Made by a program: the position numbers and the translations under genes. Below the pieces are notes generated by a model. That model did no database searches. It was not told the origin of the DNA and worked only from the letters and a program-made list of their open reading frames with translations. Below, piece by piece: positions 9,512 through 20,855 of a stretch of DNA of 64,000 nt. The DNA is from Candidatus Saccharimonadia bacterium (GTDB lineage Bacteria > Patescibacteriota > Saccharimonadia > UBA4664), in contig JBGTMQ010000015.1 of assembly GCA_041743505.1 (NCBI GenBank), positions 13,531 to 77,530 of the forward strand, read 5' to 3'. Each line of letters begins with the position of its first letter. The stretch's first letter is position 1.

Positions 9512-10378
9512 TTAGTCCTCTTCCAGTAGTCCCAACAAATATTGCCCGTAGCCGCTTTTCTTCAGCGGGTGAGCGAGTGCTTCGAGCTGTTCGTCTGTAA
9601 TAAATCCTTCATGCCAAGCAATCTCCTCAATGCAACCAATCTTCAACCCCTGTCGCTCTTCGATGACCTGGATGAAGTGGGCCGCCTGCAGCACATCATT
9701 GAAGTTGCCCGGATCCATCCATGCCGTACCACGGTCCATCACGTGCACCTTTAGTCTGCCTCGTTTGAGGTAGCCGTTATGAATCTCGGTAATCTCCAGT
9801 TCACCACGAGCGCTTGGCTTGGCTTCCTTGGCGATCTCAACCACCTCGTTATCGTAAAAATAAAGCCCAGGTATACCATAGTTGGATTTAGGCTTCGGCG
9901 GCTTTTCCTCGATAGAAATAGCTTTCATATTCTTGTCGAACTCCACCACGCCTAAACGCTCCGGTGTAGCAGTGTGATAGGCAAAGATGATGCCCCCATC
10001 CGGGTCGGTGTTCTTCTTTAAGCTATCGCCAAAGCCTGTCCCGTAAAAGATGTTGTCACCCAGGACCATACAAACCTTGTCATCGCCAATAAAATCCGCG
10101 CCTACAATAAACGCATCAGCCAAACCGCGAGGGTAGTCCTGAATAGCATATTCAAACTGGCAGCCAATCCGCGAACCATCACCCAGAAGATTCTTAAATC
10201 GTGGCTGGTCTTCAGGAGTGGTAATAAAAAGAATCTCGCGTATACCAGCCAGTAGCAGCGTGGAAAGGGGATAGTAAACCAGCGGTTTATCGTAAATCGG
10301 CATTAACTGCTTACAAATGCCGTGAGTGATGGGGTAGAGACGGGTGCCGGAACCGCCTGCCAGGATAATACCTTTCAT
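9512..10378 (-). CDS. rfbA: Glucose-1-phosphate thymidylyltransferase
   Basis: MKGIILAGGSGTRLYPIT, LGDNIF, SARGELEIT. Confidence 0.97.
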   Translation of the reverse strand: MKGIILAGGSGTRLYPITHGICKQLMPIYDKPLVYYPLSTLLLAGIREILFITTPEDQPRFKNLLGDGSRIGCQFEYAIQDYPRGLADAFIVGADFIGDDKVCMVLGDNIFYGTGFGDSLKKNTDPDGGIIFAYHTATPERLGVVEFDKNMKAISIEEKPPKPKSNYGIPGLYFYDNEVVEIAKEAKPSARGELEITEIHNGYLKRGRLKVHVMDRGTAWMDPGNFNDVLQAAHFIQVIEERQGLKIGCIEEIAWHEGFITDEQLEALAHPLKKSGYGQYLLGLLEED

Positions 10379-10447
10379 AACAAGAAACCTGCCTATCTAT
10401 TATGCGCTTATGATAACAGATAGGCAGGTTAGTGGGGTAGAAGTGGT

Positions 10448-10990
10448 CTAGATGCCGTGAACGTGTAGCAGATACAAGGTGGCAAGCGTCTTTGTATCCG
10501 GCAACTCCCCGGCCACCGCCATGGCATTCAGTTCCCTCAAGCTCAACCATCGTTGCTTTAGAATACCATCGGCCAGGTCACGCCGGTGTTCAGCTTCACT
10601 CATATGGTCAGCTAGTAATACGATGCCGCGTTGGTTACTATTACTGACCGCCTCATAGATATCACCCAAAACGCGCCATGTGCCGGCCTTTAGGCCAGTT
10701 TCTTCACCGAGCTCGCGCTGGGCAGCGTCTTCAAGCGATTCACCGGCATCGATCAATCCGGCTGGAAACTCCCAAAATTGTCGCGCAGTCGGATAGCGAA
10801 ATTGCCGGATGAGGAGAAGCGCGCCGTCGGCATTGCGGGCCACAATGACGACGAAACCATCCGTTGTTACATAGGTGTATTTACCAGGCTTGCCAGTCGG
10901 CGTGGTAACCTCATCCTCAGTCAGTGTAAACCAGGGCGTCTGGTGAACCAGCCGTGATGATACCTGCTTCCAGGGGCTTTCTTCCGTCAT
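10448..10990 (-). CDS. NUDIX hydrolase (ADP-ribose pyrophosphatase-like)
   Basis: RQFRYP, EFPAG..AQRELGEETG Nudix box. Confidence 0.9.
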   Translation of the reverse strand: MTEESPWKQVSSRLVHQTPWFTLTEDEVTTPTGKPGKYTYVTTDGFVVIVARNADGALLLIRQFRYPTARQFWEFPAGLIDAGESLEDAAQRELGEETGLKAGTWRVLGDIYEAVSNSNQRGIVLLADHMSEAEHRRDLADGILKQRWLSLRELNAMAVAGELPDTKTLATLYLLHVHGI

Positions 10991-10992
10991 AT

Positions 10993-11844
10993 CTACTCCT
11001 TAGTTGATCTGAGTTTGAGGTACTCTTTCAAATCATCTCGCCAGTCCCGCACCCTCAAGCCAGTAGCCTTGATCTTAGACAGGTCCATCGTGCTTTGCAA
11101 CGGACGGGGAGCCGCCTCAGGCTTCTTCTTAAAGTACTCCTCGGTAGTAGTCCCCGTCACTGTCAGGTCATCCCGGCCGATATTGGTAAGAATCGTTTGG
11201 GTAACCTCGGCCCATGACGCCGGCTCTCCATCGTTCGTCAGGTTGTAGAGACCGTACGGCGCCCCGATTTTCAAGAGGTGCTCGATCCCATCCACCAATT
11301 GTCCGGTAAACGTCAGCCGCCCGATCTGGTCGTCCACTACTGATGGCGAAATATTCTTAGCGGCCACGCCCACCATGGTCCGCACAAAATTCGGCCCATC
11401 ACCAATCAGCCACGTGCCGCGCAAGTTGTAATGCTTGGGCACAATACTAGCAGCAAAGTCACCAGCCGCTTTACTTTGCCCATACACGCCCAGCGGCGTC
11501 ACCGGCTCATCTTCTGTGTGGAGCGCCTGCCGGCCGTCAAAAACGTAATCGGTGGATCCTTGCACCAGCGTGAGATCATGCTTGATTGCGATCCTGGTCA
11601 GCCAGGAGACTGCTTGAGCGTTGATCTTCCATGCTTGTTCCCGGCCTTCAGCGGTCTGAGCGCCATCTACATTCGTATAGGCGGAGGCATTCAGAATCGT
11701 GTCGATCTGACCCCAGTCAAAGGCCTCTAACACCACCAAATCTGTGACATCAAGCTGCTCACGGGTATAAGCCAACGAATCAGGAAACCGCTTCCGCAAC
11801 GCCCTTCCAAGCTGCCCATTGGCGCCCAATATCAAAGCCTTCAT
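10993..11844 (-). CDS. rfbD: dTDP-4-dehydrorhamnose reductase
   Basis: GANGQLG, AYTNVD, STDYVFDG, YGQSK, DQIG, RP motifs. Confidence 0.9.
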   Translation of the reverse strand: MKALILGANGQLGRALRKRFPDSLAYTREQLDVTDLVVLEAFDWGQIDTILNASAYTNVDGAQTAEGREQAWKINAQAVSWLTRIAIKHDLTLVQGSTDYVFDGRQALHTEDEPVTPLGVYGQSKAAGDFAASIVPKHYNLRGTWLIGDGPNFVRTMVGVAAKNISPSVVDDQIGRLTFTGQLVDGIEHLLKIGAPYGLYNLTNDGEPASWAEVTQTILTNIGRDDLTVTGTTTEEYFKKKPEAAPRPLQSTMDLSKIKATGLRVRDWRDDLKEYLKLRSTKE

Positions 11845-11874
11845 CGCGTTACCTCCATCGGCTTGAGATGCTTA

Positions 11875-12831
11875 TTAAGCGCGAGTGGTCTCCGAGTAGA
11901 GTGACTCGTATACCTTATTCAGGACAGTCCGTTGACGCGAGGCCTCGGCTGTCTTCTCAAGCTCCCGGCGCAAGGTATCCTTGTCCGTGGCCTTGATATT
12001 CTCACCCAACTCTTTCACGATCTCGCGCAACCGCTCTTCGTAGGGCTTTACCTTAATCCCGAGCGCCTCAAACTTTGTCACATCCAGCACCGTATCCACG
12101 CGAGTGTTCGGTGTCATCTTATCAAGCTCAGCCTTAGCGATCTTCTCTGGCTCCAGATCTGGCAGGATGAATTCTTTGATCATCAGGCCAATCTGGTAAG
12201 GAGTAGTGTAACCGGCGTTAGAGACATGGTAAATACCGGTCGCGTCCCTAGCGATCAGCTCATCCGTCCAACCCATCAAATCCTCAATAACTGTACCCGA
12301 GTTAGCCGTATCAACAAACTTCGAGAACGTTAACATCTTCACCAGCATATTCTTGCTGTTAACCCGGGCTGATACAGGCTGACGCGGCCGCAAAATCAAA
12401 TACTTAAAGTCGGCCGAGCGCTCAAATGTAACCATTTCCTCGCTCCAGACCTTGGTCCACCCATAATAAGACGATGGGTTCGGAATGGATTCCTCGGTCT
12501 TAGCGTCCTTGCCGTCAACACTCGAGAAGATACAGCCGCTGGAGTAATGAACAAAGTAAACCTTACGCTGGTCACAGACCTTGGCTATAACACCAGCCCC
12601 GAGCACGTTGGCATTAAATGCCTCAAGCCGATTGTTACCACACCATTCAAGGTTTGTCTTAGCAGCCGTGTTTATCACTACGTCTGGCGCAAATTCCTCC
12701 ACCGCTTCATCAACCTGCTCAAAATCAGTAATGTCAGAACCAGCGGCTATTTTAGCTTCGACATCAGTGTTTTTATAGTGGTCAAGGTAAAAATTGGCGA
12801 TCTGACCGTTACCGAAAATTAAGATCTTCAT
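11875..12831 (-). CDS. RmlD-like extended SDR, resembling NRS/ER nucleotide-rhamnose 3,5-epimerase/4-reductase
   Basis: GNGQIA, KTNLEWC, NVLG, SSGCIF, SYYGWTK, LRPR. Confidence 0.7.
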   Translation of the reverse strand: MKILIFGNGQIANFYLDHYKNTDVEAKIAAGSDITDFEQVDEAVEEFAPDVVINTAAKTNLEWCGNNRLEAFNANVLGAGVIAKVCDQRKVYFVHYSSGCIFSSVDGKDAKTEESIPNPSSYYGWTKVWSEEMVTFERSADFKYLILRPRQPVSARVNSKNMLVKMLTFSKFVDTANSGTVIEDLMGWTDELIARDATGIYHVSNAGYTTPYQIGLMIKEFILPDLEPEKIAKAELDKMTPNTRVDTVLDVTKFEALGIKVKPYEERLREIVKELGENIKATDKDTLRRELEKTAEASRQRTVLNKVYESLYSETTRA

Positions 12832-12879
12832 ACTCACTCCTAAATTAATTTCATCATAACGCACTATCTGGCGGGTATA

Positions 12880-13902
<1,023 letters not shown>

Positions 13903-13917
13903 TCAAGGGTAATGAAT

Positions 13918-14433
13918 CTAAATGATATCTAGCTCGCGCAAGCGCCTTAAGGACGTAACAGCTGATTCAAACTGAAATTTATCAAAATCCATGTCTTCGT
14001 ACCGCATAAATATTGCCTCAGCCACATCATCAGCCGCCTTAACCACGGCATCAGGTTTAATACGGGCCCAATACATGAGCGAAAGAACCGGAATCGTCTC
14101 GCCTTTATAATCGTATTGGTCAACGTAGGTCAAAATGTACTGAGGCGGGTCATAATTCTGTGGCGAAAGTCCAAGCTCCTCCAGCATTTCACGCTCGCAA
14201 GCAGACTCGGCGGTTTCCATATGATCAGTAAAGCCGCCTGGTATATCAAAATTTCCTTTACCAGGCTCCATTCCCCGAACGGCAAGAAGCGCCTCTTTTT
14301 TATCATTAACGAAAATTACGCTAGAGGCTGGTGAGGCATTGGCAAAAATTACGTGCCCATCCTTACAAATGTATACATGGTCCCGGTCGTTAGTGAGTGG
14401 CTGGCCGCAACGGCGGCAAAAATTCATTTCCAT
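13918..14433 (-). CDS. NUDIX hydrolase with N-terminal zinc ribbon
   Basis: FCRRCG...C..GH; PGG..CEREMLEELG. Confidence 0.85.
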   Translation of the reverse strand: MEMNFCRRCGQPLTNDRDHVYICKDGHVIFANASPASSVIFVNDKKEALLAVRGMEPGKGNFDIPGGFTDHMETAESACEREMLEELGLSPQNYDPPQYILTYVDQYDYKGETIPVLSLMYWARIKPDAVVKAADDVAEAIFMRYEDMDFDKFQFESAVTSLRRLRELDII

Positions 14434-14507
14434 ACATAACAGGATAACAGATGAATGGGCGTTTTTATGGGCATCTCGCGGGGGACAATACTCTATTCCC
14501 GAGTTCC

Positions 14508-14606
14508 TACTCTCCTCAGGAGAGTAACAGCTGTAAGGTTACATCATTATTACTTCCTTAAGCCATAAATCCATACCCTCATAAACCCGACTCTCCCCAG
14601 GAGAGT
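14508..14606. repeat. Two copies of a 17-bp palindrome ACTCTCC(T/C)CAGGAGAGT
   Basis: Copies at 14509-14525 and 14590-14606 in the divergent NUDIX/glmS intergenic region. Confidence 0.7.
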
Positions 14607-14919
14607 GCTCACCGCAACAAACAACAAAGTACCCGCCAACAAATCCAGCGCCAAACCCGCACACCCTTTGCATCTATGGTATCAACGCCGCCGGAACCGC
14701 CGGAGCCAATGCCAATCTCGGCTGCAAAACGGTCACGGTCGGGTGGTCAGCTTAATACCACGGGTTCCATCAAACGCCCGCCGAGAGCGATATCTCGGCA
14801 TCTAACTTGAGCGCTCAAGCAAGCCTTGAGCTTTCAAATATAGACTTAACTCTAGACAAAACCATATTTTGGTTGTACAGTGCCACAGTATTAAGCATTA
14901 TAAAACGGGAACTCAGAGT

Positions 14920-16743
14920 ATGTGTGGCATAGTTGGATATATTGGCCAGAAAGACGCGTCAGCGGTATTAATGAACGGTTTGCGCCGGATGGAATACCGC
15001 GGCTACGATTCCGCCGGCATCGCCCTCATGAACGGCAAGCCCACTGTGCTGAAGCGCCAGGGCAAGATCAGTGTATTGGCTGAGGCCGTCGACAAGGCCA
15101 AGCTAAAGGGCCACACCGGTATCGGCCACACCCGCTGGGCCACTCACGGCGCCCCCAGCGAGCTCAACGCCCACCCGCACCAGGCCGGCCCGGTCACCAT
15201 CGTACATAACGGCATCATCGAAAACTACGCTGAGCTCAAGACCGAGCTAGCGGCCAAAGGCGCCAAATTCCAGAGCGAAACCGACACCGAAGTCCTGGCC
15301 CATCTCATCGCCCAGGAGCGCGAAACCGCCGAATCACTAGAGGCCGCCGTGCTGGCCGCGCTCCTCCAGGTCAAAGGTACCTTTGGCTTGTTAGTGTTAT
15401 GCGAACGCGAACCTGGCAAGATCGTCGCCGCCCGCCGCGGTAGCCCCTTGCTGCTGGGTATCGGCCAAAACGAACTGTATCTGGCCAGCGACGCCACCGC
15501 CATTGTCGGCTACACCGACCGCGTGATCTACCTGGAAGACGATGAAATCGCCGTCTGCACCGCCGACGGCTACCGCATCATCGACTTTGAGGCCAAAGAC
15601 CGCCAGCACGAGGAACACGAAATCAAACTCAAGCTCGAGGCCATCGAAAAAAACGGCCACGATCATTTCTTGCTCAAAGAAATCATGGAGCAGCCCCGCA
15701 CCATTACCGATATCCTGCGTGGCCGGCTTGACCAGAAAGACGGCACCAGCCATTTGGGTGGCCTTAATTTCGACCCTGAATTTATGCAGAACCTGAACGG
15801 CTTTTTAACAATTGCTTGCGGAACTTCTTATTATGCCGGTTTACATGGCCGGTACTTGCTGGAGCGTATGACCGGTCTGCCGGTAAATGTCGAATTTGCC
15901 GACGAATTCCGCTACCGTGACCCAATTGTGTCGCCCGATAACCTGGGTATTATCATTACCCAGTCCGGCGAAACAGCCGATACACTGGCCGGCCTGAGGG
16001 AGCTCAAGCGCCGCAATATCCGCACTCTGGGTCTCGTGAACGTTGTGGGTTCAAGCGTCGCTCGCGAGGTGGACGGCGGCGTATATCTGCATGCCGGTCC
16101 AGAAATATCAGTGGCCTCAACAAAGGCCTTCAGTGCCCAGGTTATTGCTCAACTCCTGGTGGGGCTGTCGGTTGCCCGCTCTAGGTCTATGGGCGTAACC
16201 CAAGGCCAGGAAATCGTAAAAGCGCTAGAAATATTACCACAACAGGTCCAGTCCCTACTGGACCGTCGCGAAGAGATCAAGCAGTTAGCCAAAAAGCTAG
16301 CCCATTTCAACAACGTCATATTCCTCGGCCGTGATTCGTTGTATCCGGTAGGGCTCGAAGGCTCACATAAGCTCAAGGAAGTATCATATATCCATGCCGA
16401 GGCCTACGCGGCCGGCCAAATGAAGCACGGTGCCGGCGCTCTCATCGATGAAAACATGTTGCTAGTGTTCTTAAACCCGCGCAATGAATTGTATGACAAA
16501 TCGCGTTCCAATCTAGAAGAAGTCCGGGCTCGCCATGGCCGGTTGTTAGTGCTCGGCACCGAAGGCGACCATAGTTTACGTGAATTCAGCGAGGATATCC
16601 TTACAATCCCAGAATGCTCTCCCTGGACACAAGGGTTATTGGCCAACATTCCGCTGCAATTATTCGCCTACTACATGGCGGTGGAGCGCGGCACAGACGT
16701 CGACCAACCCCGGAATCTAGCCAAAAGCGTCACAGTAGAGTAA
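14920..16743 (+). CDS. glmS: Glutamine--fructose-6-phosphate transaminase (isomerizing)
   Basis: MCGIVG start, EYRGYDSAG, GHTRWATHG, QSGETADT, PRNLAKSVTVE. Confidence 0.98.
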   Translation: MCGIVGYIGQKDASAVLMNGLRRMEYRGYDSAGIALMNGKPTVLKRQGKISVLAEAVDKAKLKGHTGIGHTRWATHGAPSELNAHPHQAGPVTIVHNGIIENYAELKTELAAKGAKFQSETDTEVLAHLIAQERETAESLEAAVLAALLQVKGTFGLLVLCEREPGKIVAARRGSPLLLGIGQNELYLASDATAIVGYTDRVIYLEDDEIAVCTADGYRIIDFEAKDRQHEEHEIKLKLEAIEKNGHDHFLLKEIMEQPRTITDILRGRLDQKDGTSHLGGLNFDPEFMQNLNGFLTIACGTSYYAGLHGRYLLERMTGLPVNVEFADEFRYRDPIVSPDNLGIIITQSGETADTLAGLRELKRRNIRTLGLVNVVGSSVAREVDGGVYLHAGPEISVASTKAFSAQVIAQLLVGLSVARSRSMGVTQGQEIVKALEILPQQVQSLLDRREEIKQLAKKLAHFNNVIFLGRDSLYPVGLEGSHKLKEVSYIHAEAYAAGQMKHGAGALIDENMLLVFLNPRNELYDKSRSNLEEVRARHGRLLVLGTEGDHSLREFSEDILTIPECSPWTQGLLANIPLQLFAYYMAVERGTDVDQPRNLAKSVTVE

Positions 16744-16817
16744 AACCTATTCTCCTAAATAGCCACTGTCACAAAATCACCACAATTTCTGGTACCAGTT
16801 GTGTCATAATGACATAG

Positions 16818-18605
16818 ATGGCTCAATCCGAAGAGCAGTTTGATGACACCCAAGAAACGTCTCCGGTAGACCTGCTCCGGTGGCCTTGGTATTGGCGTTG
16901 GTCAGGTGGCCTGGTACTGTTGGCCCTACTACTTTATGGCAGTTTCCAGTTTGCCTACGCTGGCAAAGTCTTCCCCGGCGTCAGCGCTGCCGGCGCCGAT
17001 CTGGGCGGCTCTACCAAGGCTCAAGCCACCGAGAAGCTAGCCTCACATGTCAGGGATTTCTCCATTCACACGCTTTCTATCAAATACAACGACACATCTC
17101 TCAACATGCCCATCCGAAACCTGGAGACCGAATACGACACCGGTAAAGCCGTCGACCTCGCCTATAATTATGGCCGTCAAGGTGGTTTGTTGCGGCGGCT
17201 GCACGAGCAATTACGGGCCTTAGTCGGCCGGCCCACCAACTTTGCCGCCTACTCCTACAGCGATGAGCAACTAGCCTCATATCTGGGACAGATCGAAGAC
17301 GACGTTGTAACGCCGGTCCGCGATGCCAGCCTGACTTTCAACGACAACCACGCCCAAGTATCACCGGCCAAAGCCGGCAACCGGCTGGACCGGGCCCGGC
17401 TGGTCGCACTCATCGAAGATCATCTGGCCCGCGCCGACACCGAGTCCATAACCGCGCCGGTCTACCAATTGAAGCCGGTAGTAGATACCGCCGTGCTCGA
17501 TCGCGCGGCCGGTCAAGCCGATCAGTACATCTCGGCGCCGGTCACGCTAGCCAATGACAACGAGCCCATCAAGGCCATCGACCAGCCCACTATCATTAGC
17601 TGGCTCAAAACCAAGCACCAAACCGGCGGCGAGTTCCTGGACACCCTCGACCTTAAGGACATCTATCCAGGCGCCACCGTGGCCAGCTTCTCGCTCGACA
17701 AATCGGCCGTGACAGCCTACGTGGCCAGCCTGGCCCGCCAAACCGACCAGAAGCCCAAAAATGCCGCACTTTCAATGAAAGATAACCAGCTTGCCGTCAC
17801 TGCACCCAGCCGCGACGGCGTCACCCTCGACCAGCCCAGCGCGGTTGACAGCATCCTGAGGGCACTATCCAAACCCGCCGACGACCGCAGCGTCCCGCTG
17901 GATATCCAGACCGTCAAGGCCGACGTCAACGAAACCAACCTCGACAGCCTCGGTATCAAGGAGCAGATCTCTCAAGGCCAAACATTCTTCCCGGGCTCAC
18001 CCTCCACCCGCATGACCAATGTCCGGACGGGCGCCGCCAGGTTCAACGGTATATTACTCAAGCCCGACGAGGTCTTCTCGTTTGGCGGCTTGCTGGGTGA
18101 AGTAAATGCTTCCACAGGGTATGTGCCCGAGCTGGTAATCCTGGCTGATCACGAAGAAAAACAGTACGGCGGAGGCTTGTGCCAGGTTTCATCCACCGCC
18201 TTCCGGGCGGCCCTCTTGGCCGGCTTGCCCATCTTGCAGCGCAGCAATCATGCCTTTGCCATTAACTATTACACTGCGCCGTTTGGCGTTCCCGGTGTGG
18301 ATGCCACCATTTACTACCCACAAGTCGATTTTAAGTTCAAAAACGATACCGGCCACTACATCTTGATGCAAACTACCATGCAGGGCACTACACTCAAATT
18401 CGACTTTTTCGGCACCAAAACCAAGACCGGCACCATTCGCGGACCTGAGTTTGTTACCGGCAATAGTGATCATACCAAGCCGTCCCACACTGTCTTTTAC
18501 CGGGACATCCTGGACCCAGAAGGCAAGGTTCACAAGACCGACACCTTCCACACTCGCTACAAGTCTAGCCTCGATTATCCCATCGAAACCACCGGCTACA
18601 ACTAA
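16818..18605 (+). CDS. VanW family protein with peptidoglycan-binding (PG_binding_4-like) domains
   Basis: N-terminal TM; PGVSAAG; GGGLCQVSST, DATIY, DFKFKNDT. Confidence 0.9.
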   Translation: MAQSEEQFDDTQETSPVDLLRWPWYWRWSGGLVLLALLLYGSFQFAYAGKVFPGVSAAGADLGGSTKAQATEKLASHVRDFSIHTLSIKYNDTSLNMPIRNLETEYDTGKAVDLAYNYGRQGGLLRRLHEQLRALVGRPTNFAAYSYSDEQLASYLGQIEDDVVTPVRDASLTFNDNHAQVSPAKAGNRLDRARLVALIEDHLARADTESITAPVYQLKPVVDTAVLDRAAGQADQYISAPVTLANDNEPIKAIDQPTIISWLKTKHQTGGEFLDTLDLKDIYPGATVASFSLDKSAVTAYVASLARQTDQKPKNAALSMKDNQLAVTAPSRDGVTLDQPSAVDSILRALSKPADDRSVPLDIQTVKADVNETNLDSLGIKEQISQGQTFFPGSPSTRMTNVRTGAARFNGILLKPDEVFSFGGLLGEVNASTGYVPELVILADHEEKQYGGGLCQVSSTAFRAALLAGLPILQRSNHAFAINYYTAPFGVPGVDATIYYPQVDFKFKNDTGHYILMQTTMQGTTLKFDFFGTKTKTGTIRGPEFVTGNSDHTKPSHTVFYRDILDPEGKVHKTDTFHTRYKSSLDYPIETTGYN

Positions 18606-18701
18606 AATCCGGGCAGACAAGCCACCGGCAAATTGACACGCCGACTGCTTTCCGGATAAACTCCTAGAGCTTCTGTGTACCTTGAATATAGAGGAGTGTC
18701 T

Positions 18702-20129
18702 ATGATGCCCTACAGACAGTCCCTGGTCGGCAGCGAGTCCGAATTTGGCTTGTCGGTCCGTAAGGGCGACTACGATGACACACTGCGCCTATTAGCGAAT
18801 CTTCTGACCACGACCGTGCCTATATTGCCCGACAGTATAGTCGCCGGGAAGCGGCGCTGGTACCGTGCCGGTAGTGGTATGTATGTTGATCTCGGCGGCC
18901 ATTTTGAATTCACGAGCGCCGAATGTGCCAATCCGGCTCAGCTAGCCGCTCACGAGTGGTCTGGACCTTTTCTGATGCGCTGCCTGTACAATGCGGCCAT
19001 TCAGCAACATACACTCCCGGCCGACATTTGGCTGTTCAAAAACAACACCGACAAAACCGACGTCATTACGTATGGCAACCATCTGAACCTTTTGATGCCC
19101 CAGATGTGGAATCCCGAAGACGATATTTGCAGCTTTGCTTCCGTCGCTATGGCAATGGTGGTAACGTTACCACTCCTCACCGGAGCCGGGACAGTGTTTA
19201 ACCTCGATGAGCAGCAGCCGGCTTTTCTGGGGGGTAAAGATTACGCTTACCGGATCAGCGCCCGCAGTGAGTTTATGTGTAAAGAAATTGGCAATGACTC
19301 AACTCGCCAGCGGGCTATATTTCTCAACCGGAACGACCATCATGTTGGCAACAACCCGTACTGGCGGCTCCAGATCCTTTCACTCGACGCCAATATCTTG
19401 CCCATACCCATCGGCATCAAAGCCGGCCTGCTGGCAAACCTAGTGATGATGTGGGCGTCCGGCGAGATCGAGCCATTAACGCTGCTTGACCCGGTCGCGG
19501 CACTGCGCCAAGTCAGTCTTGACTGGCGAGTCCCGCTGGAGGTCAAAAGCCACCGCTCCATGACCGCCGTACAAATACAGCAGTACTACTTGTCTCAAAT
19601 CGAGCAATTTGTCATCCGGCATCATTTGTGGTCCTTCATGGTCACAATCAACGAAGCCAAGCGGCAATTAGCGGCTTTTGCAGCCACCGGGGGCGTACCT
19701 GAACAACTCTTTGGGTCTAACGATTGGGTGACTAAATGGATGTACCTGCAACGCCAAGCTGCCAAAGGCAAGAAAGGCTACTGGCGGGCCGCCGAAGTCA
19801 ATCTCAAGTACCACGGCTTGCCGCTTGACAGCCGCTTTCACACCAGCATACCTATGATGCTATTACGGCGGTTTGGCGGTCCCTGCTTCCTCCAGCAGGC
19901 CCAGCTCGCTACCTGGGTGCCGCCTACCGGCTCAAGAGCTATCGTACGGGGCGCTTTCATCGATACGCTACTGGCCCACCCACCTAAAATACCCAGGCCC
20001 GTCGCTATCGACTGGGCCACCGCCCGGTACAACGGCTACCACCTTAATCTGAGCGATCCGTTCTCCACCAACACTCGGTGGCTGAACAAGCTTGCTCAAC
20101 TGCTAGCATCCGATAAACACAGAGCCTAG
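18702..20129 (+). CDS. Divergent PafA/Dop (Pup ligase/deamidase) family protein
   Basis: GSESEFG, YVDLGGHFEFTSAEC, LFKNNTD, YGNH.N, ISARSE, TRQRAI..RNDHH, DWVTK, IDW; own TTGACA promoter and GAGGAG SD. Confidence 0.8.
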   Translation: MMPYRQSLVGSESEFGLSVRKGDYDDTLRLLANLLTTTVPILPDSIVAGKRRWYRAGSGMYVDLGGHFEFTSAECANPAQLAAHEWSGPFLMRCLYNAAIQQHTLPADIWLFKNNTDKTDVITYGNHLNLLMPQMWNPEDDICSFASVAMAMVVTLPLLTGAGTVFNLDEQQPAFLGGKDYAYRISARSEFMCKEIGNDSTRQRAIFLNRNDHHVGNNPYWRLQILSLDANILPIPIGIKAGLLANLVMMWASGEIEPLTLLDPVAALRQVSLDWRVPLEVKSHRSMTAVQIQQYYLSQIEQFVIRHHLWSFMVTINEAKRQLAAFAATGGVPEQLFGSNDWVTKWMYLQRQAAKGKKGYWRAAEVNLKYHGLPLDSRFHTSIPMMLLRRFGGPCFLQQAQLATWVPPTGSRAIVRGAFIDTLLAHPPKIPRPVAIDWATARYNGYHLNLSDPFSTNTRWLNKLAQLLASDKHRA

Positions 20130-20135
20130 CAGCCC

Positions 20136-20162
20136 GAGGCCTCCGGTATGACCGGGGGCCTC
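20136..20162 (+). terminator. Hairpin after the pafA-like gene
   Basis: GAGGCCTCCGGT-ATG-ACCGGGGGCCTC. Confidence 0.6.
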
Positions 20163-20171
20163 ATTAACATC

Positions 20172-20200
20172 TTGACACTTCGGGTTTTGTTCGGTAACAT
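20172..20200 (+). promoter_or_regulatory. lexA promoter with candidate direct-repeat LexA box TTCGG-N6-TTCGG
   Basis: TTGACA(20172)-17 nt-TAACAT(20195); spacer contains TTCGG at 20179-83 and 20190-94. Confidence 0.8.
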
Positions 20201-20232
20201 GAAAACAACATAACCTTAGGAGGGTTGCAACC

Positions 20233-20853
20233 ATGGCCGAACCATTAACCAAACGTCAGAAAGAGGTGTTAGACTACGTCACGCAGTTCATTGAGCTGCA
20301 TGGGTACGCACCGAGCTACCGCGAGATCGCTTCGCACTTTCATTACGGTTCAGTAGCAACGGTTGCCGAGCACATTGAGTCTCTCGTAGCTAAAGGTATG
20401 CTCCAAAAAGGCGACAACGAAGCCCGGTCCATTCAGCTCGTCCGCGCCGACAACATTGATGTCACCCCTAGCATCGGCCTGCCCATCCTGGGCCTCGTAG
20501 CTGCCGGCCAGCCGATCGAGACACTTGGCACCCACGCCGAGACCCTCGAGGTACCGCCCTTCATGGTTGGGCGCCGCAACTCCTACGTCCTGCAGGTCAA
20601 AGGCCAGTCCATGATCGATGAGGGCATCAACGATGGCGACTATGTCGTGGTGCAAGAAAAAGACGTGCCATCAAACGGTGAGATGGTCATCGCCCTCATC
20701 AACGGCGGTGAAGCAACGCTCAAGCGCTACTTCAAGGAAAAAGGCCACATCCGCCTCCAACCCTCCAACGCCGCCATGGAGCCTATCATCATCAAGCCGG
20801 GTACGCCTATCGAAATTCAAGGCACTGTAATCGGCCTCATCCGGAAGTACTAG
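20233..20853 (+). CDS. lexA: SOS repressor LexA
   Basis: LTKRQ, PSYREI winged HTH, VAAG cleavage site, GQSM Ser, TLKR Lys. Confidence 0.97.
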   Translation: MAEPLTKRQKEVLDYVTQFIELHGYAPSYREIASHFHYGSVATVAEHIESLVAKGMLQKGDNEARSIQLVRADNIDVTPSIGLPILGLVAAGQPIETLGTHAETLEVPPFMVGRRNSYVLQVKGQSMIDEGINDGDYVVVQEKDVPSNGEMVIALINGGEATLKRYFKEKGHIRLQPSNAAMEPIIIKPGTPIEIQGTVIGLIRKY

Positions 20854-20855
20854 TC

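Noticed and set aside
14508-14606. Mini CRISPR array
   Set aside because: Only two 17-bp units with a 64-nt gap; no cas genes in the window
14640-14919. glmS ribozyme
   Set aside because: AGCGCC occurs at about 14647, but the GACGAGG core and other conserved elements are not visible
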